A DNA stretch of 64,000 bases from Rhopilema esculentum. Its lineage: Eukaryota. Under the pieces are notes generated by a model. The model was given only the letters and a program-made list of their open reading frames with translations. It ran no database searches and was not told the DNA's origin. Both the position numbers and the translations under genes were made by a program. Each line of letters starts with the position of its first letter. The first letter of the stretch is position 1. The DNA lies in NCBI RefSeq assembly GCF_013076305.1, contig NW_027019640.1:4810378-4874377 (forward strand), in the 5' to 3' direction. This document shows, piece after piece, positions 13,301-26,500 of the stretch.

Positions 13301-16300
13301 AGCTTTGTGGACAATAATTTTAACTGCGATCAGAATCTCTTTATACGACGTTTCTTGAATATTCCCTTCATGGGCATGAAGAAGCCCTCCTGGCCTTGAA
13401 AAGCAGTACGTTGGATGAGGTGTAAGCTATTCAACTCTTTTTGCATCGCAAGTTTCCTTCTCAGCACTCTACCAACAGGAATAAACAAAAAGCAGCTACT
13501 TTCTCTAATTCTGATGGGTAACCAAATCTTAGTTTCGGCAGCGATTTCCTGTTATTCGTGCTTCATGCAGTTGAGCATAGTTAGGCTGCATTTAATCTTT
13601 GCTTGTGGAATATTTGTGGATCAGCCTTTGAATAATCTAAATGAATGACGCAGCTGATTCACCGCCCGAGGGAGACTTGAATTTGCTGCACGAGATATAG
13701 TAAGAACTCTCGCTTTTAAATTGCTTCAACATATTGAATCATCTTGGTGCTTAAAACAACTTTTATAAAGAACAATGTGATCGCAGATAGACACTGAGAA
13801 ATCACACTGAAGCTAAGCCTTGTTGCGATAACAATGGCTTGAAGGGAATATGTCGATCCTAACTCCTTGAATGCACACATTTTTCCTTTTCTCGCAGGTG
13901 ACATAAAGCTTTACTCAAACCTTGCTTTGCATATGTTATCATCCATATATCTGATGCATTTTTAGTTCGCAATACTCATCGAACGATAAGAATGGCCTGA
14001 AAGATTTAATCTCTGACTGAATCTTATCGCAACTTCTTGACTTCTTGACGTCATAATGTGTGAATGCAACACTTTTTTCCATCTTCGAAAGTGAGAAACA
14101 GCATCAAGTAAAACTTGTTTTGTTGTCATGTCTATTTTGTCGTCCATATGTATTATGTATTTTGAGTTCAAATGAATTCGAGCTTGTCTTTTTCAACTAC
14201 AATGACAAATTGCCATTTCGCCAAATTGCGAAGTCGCCATTTCATTTCCTACTAACCTCTCCTTGTGAGTGGTTACTGTGTAATATATACCCGAAAGGTT
14301 ATAAAAGGCGGGAAGTCGGGGGCTACAGTTACCCCATCCTCACAGCAAAGGAGTGCCAGGCAGTCTTTTTTCCACTTTCTGCACAAATATCAAATATCAA
14401 TGACACAAAATTGAATCCCTGAGGTAGTACCTTAACGAAGCGTTACTAATCTCCTTGGTAATATGACAAAGGTCATTCCTTAAGATGCTTTTGTATCGAC
14501 GGTGTGTATCAATGTCTTATTTACAATTTCGGAGTTTGTATTGACGTGTTATTGCATCTTGTCAAGAAGACATACTGTCCTTCTGTAGGCAGAGGACTTG
14601 GGTATTAACAGCATCTGAAAACGTGAATAAGTTCCTAATAATTTCGAAATAAAATTCAACGCAAATCTTTAGCAAGACCTAAATGCATGTAAATGGGAAC
14701 TTCTTCCAATTGATTTCATTTTTGCAACTTTAAATCATATATTTAAATATATCAAAACTATAATCATGATTGGCTACATAGAAGATGTCTAAGATTACAT
14801 GGCATACCCTGATAATGTTGCACGCTAGCCAGATAAATGGTATTATACGAAAGCAGTTTGAATACTAAAAGTAACTAACGCCATGATGAAAATATCTTTC
14901 AAGATCCTTTTGTACAAAGTTTTGTGTGTCAAGTTGTAAGCTGTCGCCTTGCACATTGCCATCAATTTAAAATGGAGGCATAGGGGTGGATAAGCAAGCG
15001 ATCTCAGACTGCTTTTAAGATGGGAAATCCTTCTCTGCATTTTTTGCTACCTGTTCCTCCTAATTCGCGGATTAATCTGGAATTATGGCAGAAATCCTGC
15101 TTCAAAGTCAGAGCAAATACAAAGCCGATGATCTGTCTTGTCTTGGCAAGCTACATGGTGGACCTTATATATCTGACAGTGATTAAATTCGTGATGTATG
15201 TCGACTCCAGAAACACTGAGCACGTTGCTAATCCATCGGTATACGATAATTCTGGATAGGAGGTTTGCAGTCATAGTTCTCACACTACTTCGGGATGTAA
15301 GCTCTCTTACCTTAGATACAATGTTATTCAAATGTATGAAGTCTGTGACCACGATTTGATGTCTCAGAATCGATCATGCTCTTCTTTCAACAATGCTACG
15401 AAGTGACATGACATGCCTTTTTGAAACAGTTTCACTTGTTGTATGCACAACATTTAGTATTGCTATAATTTTTCAAGAGAAAGGGATGTTTAAGTGATCA
15501 TAGAAGGAAAAGAGATCAAGTAAACGTTTTTAAAAATCAAATTCATATTTTGTTTAGGTCAATTATTCGTTATCTCTCGAGTTTTTTTCTATCATGACAA
15601 ATGCCTTTAAACTTGTCATAAAACATTTTTTCACCTATTGCAATTTTATTTAGAATAACTCCATTAGAATATGAACCATTTCGCTGTAACAATAACGCTA
15701 GTTCTGAATTCTCCTTTGGTGCCAAGCAATTAAATTATTATCATCAGAGTTATTGAACGCGGTGAATTGTATGTGTAAGGTTTAAGACAACTTATGCAGT
15801 AATTTACCTCCGCCATTAATCTGGTTCGCCTCCGGTTTATAATCCTGGACCTTTTGTCATTAATATTTTTTTATCATATTGGCTATTCATTGCTCAAATT
15901 GACATATGATTTGCGCGTTGTTTTGATTAATGATACAAGGAAACATGCACATGTTGAAATACAAAGTTTACACTAATTAATTGGGGCCTCAAATGGGGCC
16001 CCTGAAACAGATAAGGCATCCCAATTCCCCCCCTCCCTCCCTTGTTCCAAACATTCAACATCCCTGTCCTCCATCCATTCTATACATACAAACCCATTTC
16101 CAGATCAGGTACCCTCTTCTTCCTCTACCCAACCCATTTGGCACGCCCTTCCAATAGCCACACCCAACCCCGCCAACTCTAACTTTATGCTGTTATGCAC
16201 AGGTGATACTTTTAACCCTTCCCATTTCACCCAGCCCTTTATTCCCAAAGCCACGCCGTACCATGTTTATCCTCTTCACCCACTCAATTTAAATGCCTCC

Positions 16301-17261
16301 ATACACTCTACAGTCCTACTTCAGTAAGCACTCTGTGTCGATTGCTACTTTTTGCTGATCTTTATAATATATATATATTTTTTATTTGTATTTCCTGACC
16401 TTTGCAACCGTGATTCTGGACGCAGGATTGCGAGGGGCGCCTACGAGAAATGGACATACCGAATTAAAGCCCCGAAATGTCCCTCGTGGGTTTCTGGCTG
16501 ATGAGTTGCTTTTTTTATCATTTTCTGCCCCCTTACAAGCTAGTTGCTTAAAACATACAAGGGCATACACAACCACCCCCCATCTGAGTTTGAGGCTGTA
16601 ACCAGGTGGTAGTGACTACTCCTTATCTCCTTTTTTCTCATTTTTCTCTTTTGGATTTTATACTTTTATTCACATATTGGTTTTTTAGTTTTTACCTTCT
16701 ATGCCTATAAAAACAAAAATGTTGAGCCCTCCGGAGAGGGGGGGGGGGCATATTTCTGAAAAATATGACCCATAATTTCTCAAACATAATGAAAACTATA
16801 CCCATAACTCCGCAAAACAAATAACACTTTTAAAATACAACAGAATCATCAAAAAAGTTTGTATATCTTTTGCCCTAAAATCTCAATATATCACATATAT
16901 TTCATACTTTCATTTCTAACAGGACATTCATTTTGTTAATGCTTAATCCCCCACCTAATAATTTTGCAATATTTTCCCAAAATGGTACCCATAGCTCCGC
17001 ATATATTTCAAAAACTGATACCGATAATTCCACACTTTTTAAAAAAAGGTATCTCTAACCTTGCCGCCCCTCTTCCCCCCGTCCCGCACACTTGATGACT
17101 TGATGTTAAAGTTTATTCCCCCGTCTCAACTTGCTGCTGATGTTACCTTTCCATAGTTTGAAATAATTGATGCATTTAATTTTAGTCACCTAGCTAACAA
17201 TAGCTGGATGAAGTGACAAAGATTCTTTGCACCAAGAGAACAGTTTTCGCTGTTTCGGACA

Positions 17262-17560
17262 ATGAGCAGCAAGCGAAACGGAGGTATCGAGTTGAAATCT
17301 GCTTTCACTATGGGGTTCGGACGTAAAAAGGAGGTGTCTTTTGCGAGATCGCGTTCAGCGACTGAAGAAGAACTAGAGGAAAAGATTCTGCGTCCTTCCA
17401 GTCCTCACATGCGTCGAAAATCGATGATTCCACATAGTGTGCCCGGTTACGTCAAATACAGACAGAAGGGAAATCAGCGCGCTAGACGCTTGCGGGCGGA
17501 TTTATTTCATTTTCTAGAAGGCTGCAGGACTTTCTATAGTGCACTTTATCATGTTTTTGT
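17262..17560 (+). CDS. Paralog A exon 1, the cytoplasmic N-terminus. It ends ...RADLFHFLEGCRTFYSALYHVFV and leaves phase 2.
   Basis: ORF 17262..17564; a GTAAGT donor at 17561. The N-terminal motif is conserved with paralog B exon 1 (RRDIFNFLEGHKTFSSRVYHHFV). Confidence 0.8.
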
Positions 17561-20500
17561 GTAAGTACCATTAATCTAACTTTTGACAAACTTATTTTTA
17601 ACCAACTCGATAAAGTAGATAGTTTAGATTTATTTCAAGTTTGATGACCGACCCGGACTAGCTGTAGGAAGGACAAACCGAATGATATTATAAATACTAT
17701 TTTAAATTTGAGTAAAAATGCTATTATTATTAAAGTTGCAGACAATACCGCCTTGAGATACTTTGTGAATTTTGAACAGAAAAATTATTTGTGCTGAGGG
17801 GTAAATTAGTTTTTTCTTTTATCAATTGAGAAAACTGAAACAGTTTTTGTCCGTCTTGAAATATTTGCAAGATATATTTACTTCTAATATAAAGAGTTCA
17901 ATTAACAATGTCTTGCAATTTTTTTTCATATTCTCATAAAATTTTACTACAAGACGATACCACAGGGAGCATGGAAATACATAGCAACCCTGTGGCCATT
18001 ACATTACACATAATTGCTTCAAATTAGAGTTACATTAAATGTGGCAAATTACATGTTACAGATTACTAATAACAAAAAACATTTACAATTTGGATGTTAA
18101 AACAAAAACAAAGACAAACTACATTGACAAAATAAGAATAATGAAAGAAAAATTACATAGGAGAGAATTTCTTGCAATTTTTAATGGAGAGGGGAGATTT
18201 TTTGTAACAATGAAGTGTAACCGTGCCTCAAATTCTATTCAATAACCCCCAAAAGTATTTTGCCCCATTTTATTCTCTTTTAAATATTGCTCAAGATTAC
18301 TGAAGGTAATTTATTCTTTCATATTGAATTGAATAGCCCCATGATAAAGAATGGCCATAGGTTTGACACAGTCTAAGAATCATAAATCTAGGCCTGTTAG
18401 TTCTGAAGATAGATCTTTTTTCAGGTTTCTTATTATACTGGCAAGCTTAGCGATGGCAATTATGTTATCAATGAATGAATTCAAAGACTCAGCAAAATAT
18501 CAGTTTGTCATGTTGAAGATTGTAAGTATTTTGCTTCTCCAGATTGTTTCAGATCATTCTTCTTTTTTATTGTCGATACAGGGCCCCCACCACGAATTTG
18601 AAAGTAGGGGGAGATCAAGGCTAGCAAAGACAGGGGGCTAAGGCTTCTTTCTCCTTTTACTGCAGCTTTAAAACTATTTGCTTCGTAAAAAAATGGGGGG
18701 CGTGGCCAACCCACCGTCCCCCCTTCCCTGTGGCGTGGCCCTGAGATATCTCAATGAGAAACTATTCTAATATTTTTTCAAACAATGCCACGAATTTCGC
18801 GGCTGCTTGGTCAGAATAAAAATTCCTATTCTTATATTGCTTCTAATGTCATTACTTGACGCTCAATGATTTGTTTCAAAATGTTCAAGGATACAGAGAA
18901 ACAATTAATCTGGGCTTTGTGATCTAATGTACATGCCTTTGAATTTTTGAATTTGGTACAGCGCATAATTATTGTTTTATCTTGATGATTTATCCAACAC
19001 GAATCTTAAATCTATTCGCATGTTTTTTATGTTCTTTTTGACAGGAATACGTTCTTCTTGGAATCTTCTTTGTTGAATATTTGCTACGACTGTGGTCTTC
19101 TAGTGCTCACGGACATTATAGCAATTTTTTAGGGAAAGTTAGATACATACTAACTCCACATATGATTCTAGGTAAGTCTGGCTCACAGTCCTTTGTTAGC
19201 TAGAGCCTAATTTCTGTTATAAATACTATCACAGTAACACTGACGTCAGTTTTGAAGGTCGCATTCAGCGATCCTCCTTCTCCCGTTTGAAAAAGTAAAA
19301 TAGTGACTAACATGTAAAGAAATATGTTTTTCAGATGACTTGTGGTATCTATGAAAGCATTGTTAATGTTCTAGGAAGAAGGAGAAAGGGACAAGAGTGG
19401 TGAATTTTCTGATCTCCTTGTACGACAGAGATTTCTTTTTCAAATTTTCAGTCAAAAAATCAATCGTGAGATAAATTCTTCCCCCAAACTTTGACACTCT
19501 ATCGTGAAGTTGAAGTAAAACCACATTTTTGCTTGAAGACAAACGAGTAGTGTCAAAATAGTTTAAGCGCAAAAGTTGTTTGTCTCTTTCCCTAGACCCA
19601 TTAAAGCACCAATTTCGTGCACCCACCGAAATTTACCAAATGTTATGACAAGTTTATCTATTGCTTTCAGATCTATTAATCATGGTTTGCTCAGTCGGCT
19701 TGATTTATGGAAAACATTTGGATCTAGACCCCAAAACAGAGAAGTAGGTAGCTCGGCTGTTTAATGACTTTTGGGTTAAATGTACCTAGGGTAACTTCAT
19801 CGACATGTTTTTTCTTCTAATGTAGATAATAGCCTTTCGTTGCCTGTTGTTTCAATCTTTAATCATACTCCGTACATCTTGTATTTGTATTTATTACTAC
19901 CTAGCTTCCAGGTGTAATTTTAAGACTCTGAGAAGCTGTGCCTATCGAGCAGTGTCTTGGGTCCTTCCTACACCTGGAATGACAGAGACCTGGCGACTCT
20001 CCACACACTAAGTGAAAGTTTGGTCATTGCTGCAAATCACACCCATAATATTGCTTAGAAATTTTGCTGAGTTTCGGGACATCAATTTTTTTCTACTTTT
20101 CGGTATCTGTTTTTCATATTCGAGAGCTAACATTGTATTTATATCATATGTTAATAATTATCACGTTCTCGTTGCAAATTAAATCAGCCTTTTTACTTAA
20201 TGGATATTAAAATTAGTTTTTTAAAATGAAATTAAACTGAATTATTTTATTTCATTTATAGATTAATGCACATGCTGCTTTTATTGCGGATATTACGAGT
20301 CGATAGACAAAATAGATCATTTGCAATGTTCAAGAAAGTATTCCTGAAGCATAGAAAGGTACGATCATATAATTACGAGACGAATATATAGCACTTTTCA
20401 ATTGAATAAGCAACCCCCGTCATTGCAGTCAAAACGTATGCACATTGAATTCAGCTACTTTTGGATGCCTTATTACCACCTCCTGCTGGTTTATAGAACA

Positions 20501-23500
20501 TTATACAAACTCCCTGCTCTAATTAGGACCCCCGTCAATTCATCATTATCCATTTTATACTATCAGCTGAAATATATATGCAATAGAATTAGCGAAATAG
20601 CCAAACAGTTTCTTAAAGGCTCCTGCGCAACTGGCATGCTTTGCGAGTACATTTTCAAAACCAGCCTTCACACAATAAAATTATCAAGATGCCGGTTGCG
20701 CAAAGCATGCCGGTTGCGCAAGAGCCGTTAAAAGCATTATTCCCCATCACTCAACCGTTCACAGTTAATAATAGACTTAGCAGCACTTTTATGATTGAGA
20801 AAACACATTGAAAATTAGCTCTACGCTGCCGATTGGACACGCAACTATAGGTCTATTGTGTAGCACAACCAATGGGAAATTCAAATGGCCAGCGAAATGC
20901 GCCAGGACATTGTGCCTTAAAAACAAATATTATTTCATGGGGGGCGACTATGGGTTAGCTTTGATACTCGACCCCCCCTGGGGTTTTTCGAGATGGAGTT
21001 CAGTCGCCCCTGGCAGATTTTAGATAAAGCCCAAAAGTGATGTATTTTCTGCTAGTAGAAGCGCAAAATAAAGATGAAGCTTCAAGTAGTCATTTTCTAT
21101 CTAAATAACCTTGCGATCAAATTGCATAATTTACATTTTGGAGAAAATATCTTTTGATTAACAATTTTCACCATTAAAATCTTCAGCAACACCTGAGAAA
21201 ATCAAAATTAGGTTTTGGTCATTTTACTGCCGACTGCAGCAAATTATCTGGCTTTCGATAGTTCGTTGATTTGCTAGACTAAATTTATCACAAAAAGTTG
21301 ACTAGACACTCAAATGTACTGTAGCTCGTTCTCTTTGGCTGTGTAGACTGGGTTAGTTCATTGCGTTTAAGACTCACTTCGTCTCCCAGGACATTCGCCA
21401 TGTTTTGTTGTGCTGTTTACAAACGACAACAACAACATTGTAATTGTAATTTCGATGTTTTCGGCTAATCATTTTAATTTGATGATTTAAATGTTAAGAG
21501 TTATTATTCTTGATATATTTTCAAGGATTACGGTACAATAGGATGAGATTATTGGATTTGTTAAAATTAATAGTATTAACGATGTGTAATTCTCTTTAAT
21601 ATAAGATAATTCGCATTACATAGTGCTGTGGCAAAGACTAGTCACACAAAAGAGACTTGAAATGAACTGGGTGCGTTCGTTCAAGGCATGCCATTCGAAA
21701 CTTCGGCATCGTTTGGTGTGGCGGTCCTGTAATAGGGTGGGTTACAGGGATAAATGGCTTGCAGCACGTTCAAAGGGATATGGCGCCAGAAAAGATATTT
21801 AATGGAGACTCAGTCTCTCAAACAACGTGTGATCGGCTCACTGACTTACCCATTGCTGGTTCACGTGTCCCCTTCTACGCTTAGCCCCTCTTAACTGCAA
21901 AATAACTCTCCATCTAACTTCCATCTATTAACCTCCAAATTTCTTTATAGGGGCTTTATTTGGGATCATTTAAAGATCTGGCTACAGCGTTGATGCAGTG
22001 TAGTTGCCAGTTCTCCTTTTAAAGTTACATAATAAACACGCACAATTTCAAATTTACATGATAAATAGCACTGTTCTTTGTGCTTGTAACATTCTATTGA
22101 TCTGACCTAGCACATTTACATCAACTGACATGGCATAGAAATGTGTGGCCATGTTGCTTTTTCACCTTGTTATATGATTCCTAAAGAGCACCGTACTGAG
22201 AATGTATTTAAATGTTATACATATTCTGTGTACACTGTAAATTGCTCATACCATTCTCTCGACCCAGTCACGGAAAAGTTTTTACATTCATGTGCGCCGC
22301 TTAAAGTTATTTCAATCTTTATCGTTTTAAGCCATTCCTCTTATCTGATGTCAAACCTATTATTTACTTTATCTTTTCATATCATCATAAACTGTTTCAG
22401 CTATAATCCAATATAATCCTATATCCCAATTTTATTATTCGGTCCATTGGTTCAAATTTTTCTAGTTGTGAAATCGATTCGTGTGAAATCAAAATCAAAC
22501 AAATAATAAGAGTTTCCTCGTATTCTTAAGCCTATGTTAATTAGACCAGGCTGTGGCTAGACAAGTACCACGTTAGCCCGGAGAAATTGCGATAGGTAAT
22601 TTCAGTTGGCTATAAGACCTGGGTGTTTAGAATCGCGATGGTAGACGAGAATCTGCTGGTGATAGTGTTGGGAATGATGCTAATAGTAATAATAATGATA
22701 ATTAAAACCAATTAGGAATCGCTCCCTATCGATATATTCTTATGTCATATAGTCCTCTCGTGCATATAGAGTACCGAAGTGTGACGTCATCAAAAAGATA
22801 TTTTTAGAATTTCTTAAATTTGGCCACATAATCTGAAAGAACGGCATAAAATACCTCTCAATATGCAAAATTAGTTAGATATGTTCCAAATTTGGCGAGA
22901 TATGTCCAATGGAAGGTTCAAAGTTTGCTAACGGATTACTGTTATTCTGGCCTGGTTCATAAAGTTATGAACCAAGACCAAATTACAGAGGTTTGATGGG
23001 GCAAGAGCCTGTGCTCAAGTAGCCATATCTCAGCCAATTCGTAATGCCTTAAACTGAATTTGCAAATTTAGAGGTATTTCATGATGCTCTTTCAGGTTCT
23101 GGGATCAAAATTAATAAATTCTGAAAGTAGATTTTAATGGAGTCATCACTTTTGCATTCTCTTTCTTGCGGTAAGAAGGGTGTTTTGTGCCCTAGTCCAA
23201 GTTTCTTAAGCCACAGCAGATTTTTAATTCTTCTAGTTTTCGATTCATATTTTCTCTATATTCCTTTTCTTAAATTTAACTGCATCTATAAGGTACCAAT
23301 ATGTAAAAATAGATCCAGAATATAAATCATAAACATATAATTCGTCTTTGCTAAAGTAAACTTACCCTTTTTGTCTAATCGATTCATATTTTCTCTATAT
23401 TCCTTTTCTTAAATTTAACTGCATCTATAAGGTACCAAAATGTAAAAATAGATCCAGAATATAAATCATAAACATATAATTCGTCTTTGCTAAAGTAAAC

Positions 23501-26500
23501 TTACCCTTTTTGTCTAATCGATACATATTTTGCAGGTACCTTGATACCGTGGCCTACATTCTGTTTTGATAGAAAGCAACCAAAATCAAGGTTACACTTT
23601 TTACTTTGCAGGAGCTGTTGACTTGTTGGTATATGAGTTTTATCATGATAATGTTTGTGGCAATTTTGGTTTACGCGCTGGAGACAGACCCGAAAGATGT
23701 CACTGTAAATAACCTTTTCAATGGATTTTACTGGGGAGTTGTAAGTATTTTTAGATATCTCTTTCAGATTGTTACAGTGGGGAGCTTATGTTGTGCAAGT
23801 TGGAAACATAGAAAAGCTATTGAGAACTCTTATAACATCCTAGAGTAGATGAATTGATTTCGTTAGGGCCCAAAGAACTTATAAAGCTTGTAATGCATTA
23901 CGGGATAATTTTTATCAATTATTGACCTAAAGCGTAAGTTTGATAAACACTAATGAAGCATTGTGCTTGAATTTGAAATGAAATAGAGGCTTTGTATCTT
24001 GTAGATTTCACTTGCCTCGATCGGATACGGAGACATAAGTCCAAACACAGCTATTGCAAAGATTCTAATATGCGTTATTGCTGTGTTCGGAACAGCTTTC
24101 TTTGCCATGCCTGCTGTAAGTTTTAATTTTGTCCTTTGATTTTTCTTTCTGCAATCTAGTAGAATTTCAGATTCTCAGTAATGATAAACAAAACATGGTT
24201 TTAAGAACTGGTAAAGCAAAGTGTGTTTGCTTGGCCAGTTATTGTGGCCCTTTTGTTAAAGACAATCGATAGATACTAATGTAGTTCAAGAATTTAGGCC
24301 ACCTGTCAATCAAGAATTGGCGAATTGCCTTTATAGACATTCTTGTTACAATCAGTCTTTCAGTTGTGACTGGCCTGCTTTTGCATCGATGTGATTCAAG
24401 GCTTTTCGAACATATTATCTAGGAGGGAAACGAAGTGCTCAGTTGCTTTTCTGCCCTTGTGACATTCCTTTGCTTTAGTCCTTAGACAATCATCTATGCA
24501 TGTAAGTGAAAGACTTGGTAGCTTCACGATTTCTTACAGTGCAGAGCTGGCATTAGATATTACTTAAAGATTTAAAAACTGGTGAATTTAGAAATTTTTT
24601 ATTTTTTAAAATTTTTATAGATTTTTTATATTGATCAATTTAGGAAGATTGATCAAGAAATCTATTTTAGGGTATAATTGGTTCTGGTTTCGCTTTGCAA
24701 GTTGCAGAGCATCAAAAAGAGAAGCATATCAACAGAAAAAGACGTCCTGCCGCAGTTCTGATTCAGGTGAAAAGCCTTCTGCATTTTACCGAATAGGAAA
24801 GGGACAGATATCTTGTCCAAAGGACTTTGCAAATATAAGGAGACTCTAGAGCATGCATTATGGTAGGCAAGGATATAGGATCTGTGAATACAGTGAAAGG
24901 GGAGAGATTGCCCTAGCTGCCTAAATACCGAAGTGATGACGTCATAATAATATATTTTTAGAATTTTTCAATTTTGACCATCTAACCTAAAAAGCAATAT
25001 AAGATAACTTTGAATGCGCAAATTTAAGTTGAATGTGTTAGGGAATGGCTGAGATATGGCCACATCAGCACAGGCTTTTTCCCGTCAAATCAATGTAATT
25101 CGGTTTTGGTTGATAACAGTAATTCGTTTCCACCCTGAAATTTTATGCCGTTCGTTCAGATTTTGAGGGTAAAAATCAGTAACCCCAGCACCCTTTGCTA
25201 CTCTGCCACCGTTCTTTGTCATATACTTTGTCAAACACTTTACCAACTGGATTTACATTAGGCCCTTGCTAAACTTCCCTCCACATAGAAAGTGGTGCAT
25301 CTCTTGCACTTACCCCTTTTTTTCTCGAAGCCTAGTTTTCCTTTCACGACTCTTCCTTAATTATCTTGTATTTATACACGACTACTTTGTTCAAAGAAGC
25401 TTTTTCTGCTTAATTTTCTTCCTTCTTTTTTAAATGACATTGTATTTGTTTTGGTGACCTCTTCTTTAAAATGAACTCGCTCTCTTGATATAATAAACCT
25501 CCTGTGAAGGGAGTTTTGCTTCCCATTTACAGTATATAAGTTACTTTTTACATCGATTCTTTCTGTTATAATCTAATTCGCTTCGTAAAAATCCTATTTC
25601 TTTTAACAGGAACCTTTTTCCTTTTGCGTATAATATTGTTCTCGTTTTACTACCAATGACCATTCGGAATCAGCCTATTTTCTTTTGAATGATTTCAAAA
25701 CATCTTAAAGATTGGTATGATATTAACTACATTTGCATATTTTCAATTTTTTTACAGAGTTTTTGGAGACGCTACGCAGGTGACCATGATCTTCATGCAA
25801 CTTGGTTGAGACATATGGTCGATAGGGAGTCTCGAAGGATCACAAAACAACGTATAATCAAGTCACAAGATGTGCTACAAGGACATATCCCGTTATCAGC
25901 CGTAACAGGTAAGTTAAATTGCCTTATACTTATTTGTTTATACAAATGATGTTCTTCCATATCGAGTGTTGTTCCAGCCAATGTTTACGATGATCTACGG
26001 CCTGCTAGGAAGATTGGCTTGCATCTATTTGCTGACATAAAACGTAAAATACGCAAATAAAATGGCTTTGAGGCATTTTGAACTGTTGTTAGAAAAGCTC
26101 AAACGATATTTTTTAGCTATGGCTCTGGTAGGACAATGTCTAGTGAGGCAGGACAGCCTAGCAGGGGCGGATCCAGATATTCTCACCATTCTCTCTTGAG
26201 AACGTCATTTCTCTCGAAAGATGAAATTGCAAAAATCAAGGTTCAAATATTCAATTTTAGTCCCAAGACAACTATTCAAAAATTAAAAAGTTTGAAAAAC
26301 TGAATTCTTAATTCTTAATTATGATTTCAGTGCAGAATTCTGTGAAAAATTAAAGAATTTTCAGTGCTGAAAAATTACAAAATTTCTTGTGTTAGAAAAT
26401 GTAGTTGATATAAACCACTTTTTGAAAAGGATGTTTCTCAGACATTTGTAAGGGCGTGGTAATTTTTTTATAAACGGGCTACGCCCATGCCGCCCCTTCT

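Noticed and set aside
16382-16601. Overlapping sense and antisense ORFs of 64 and 71 aa
   Set aside because: A GC-rich island produces spurious ORFs on both strands. It is more plausibly promoter or 5' UTR of paralog A than coding.
24767-24772. The weak GTGAAA donor after paralog A exon 8 might indicate a mis-called boundary
   Set aside because: The exon end ..LIQ| and its phase are exactly conserved with paralog B, which uses GTACGA. Reading through hits a stop within 10 codons, so the boundary is kept.
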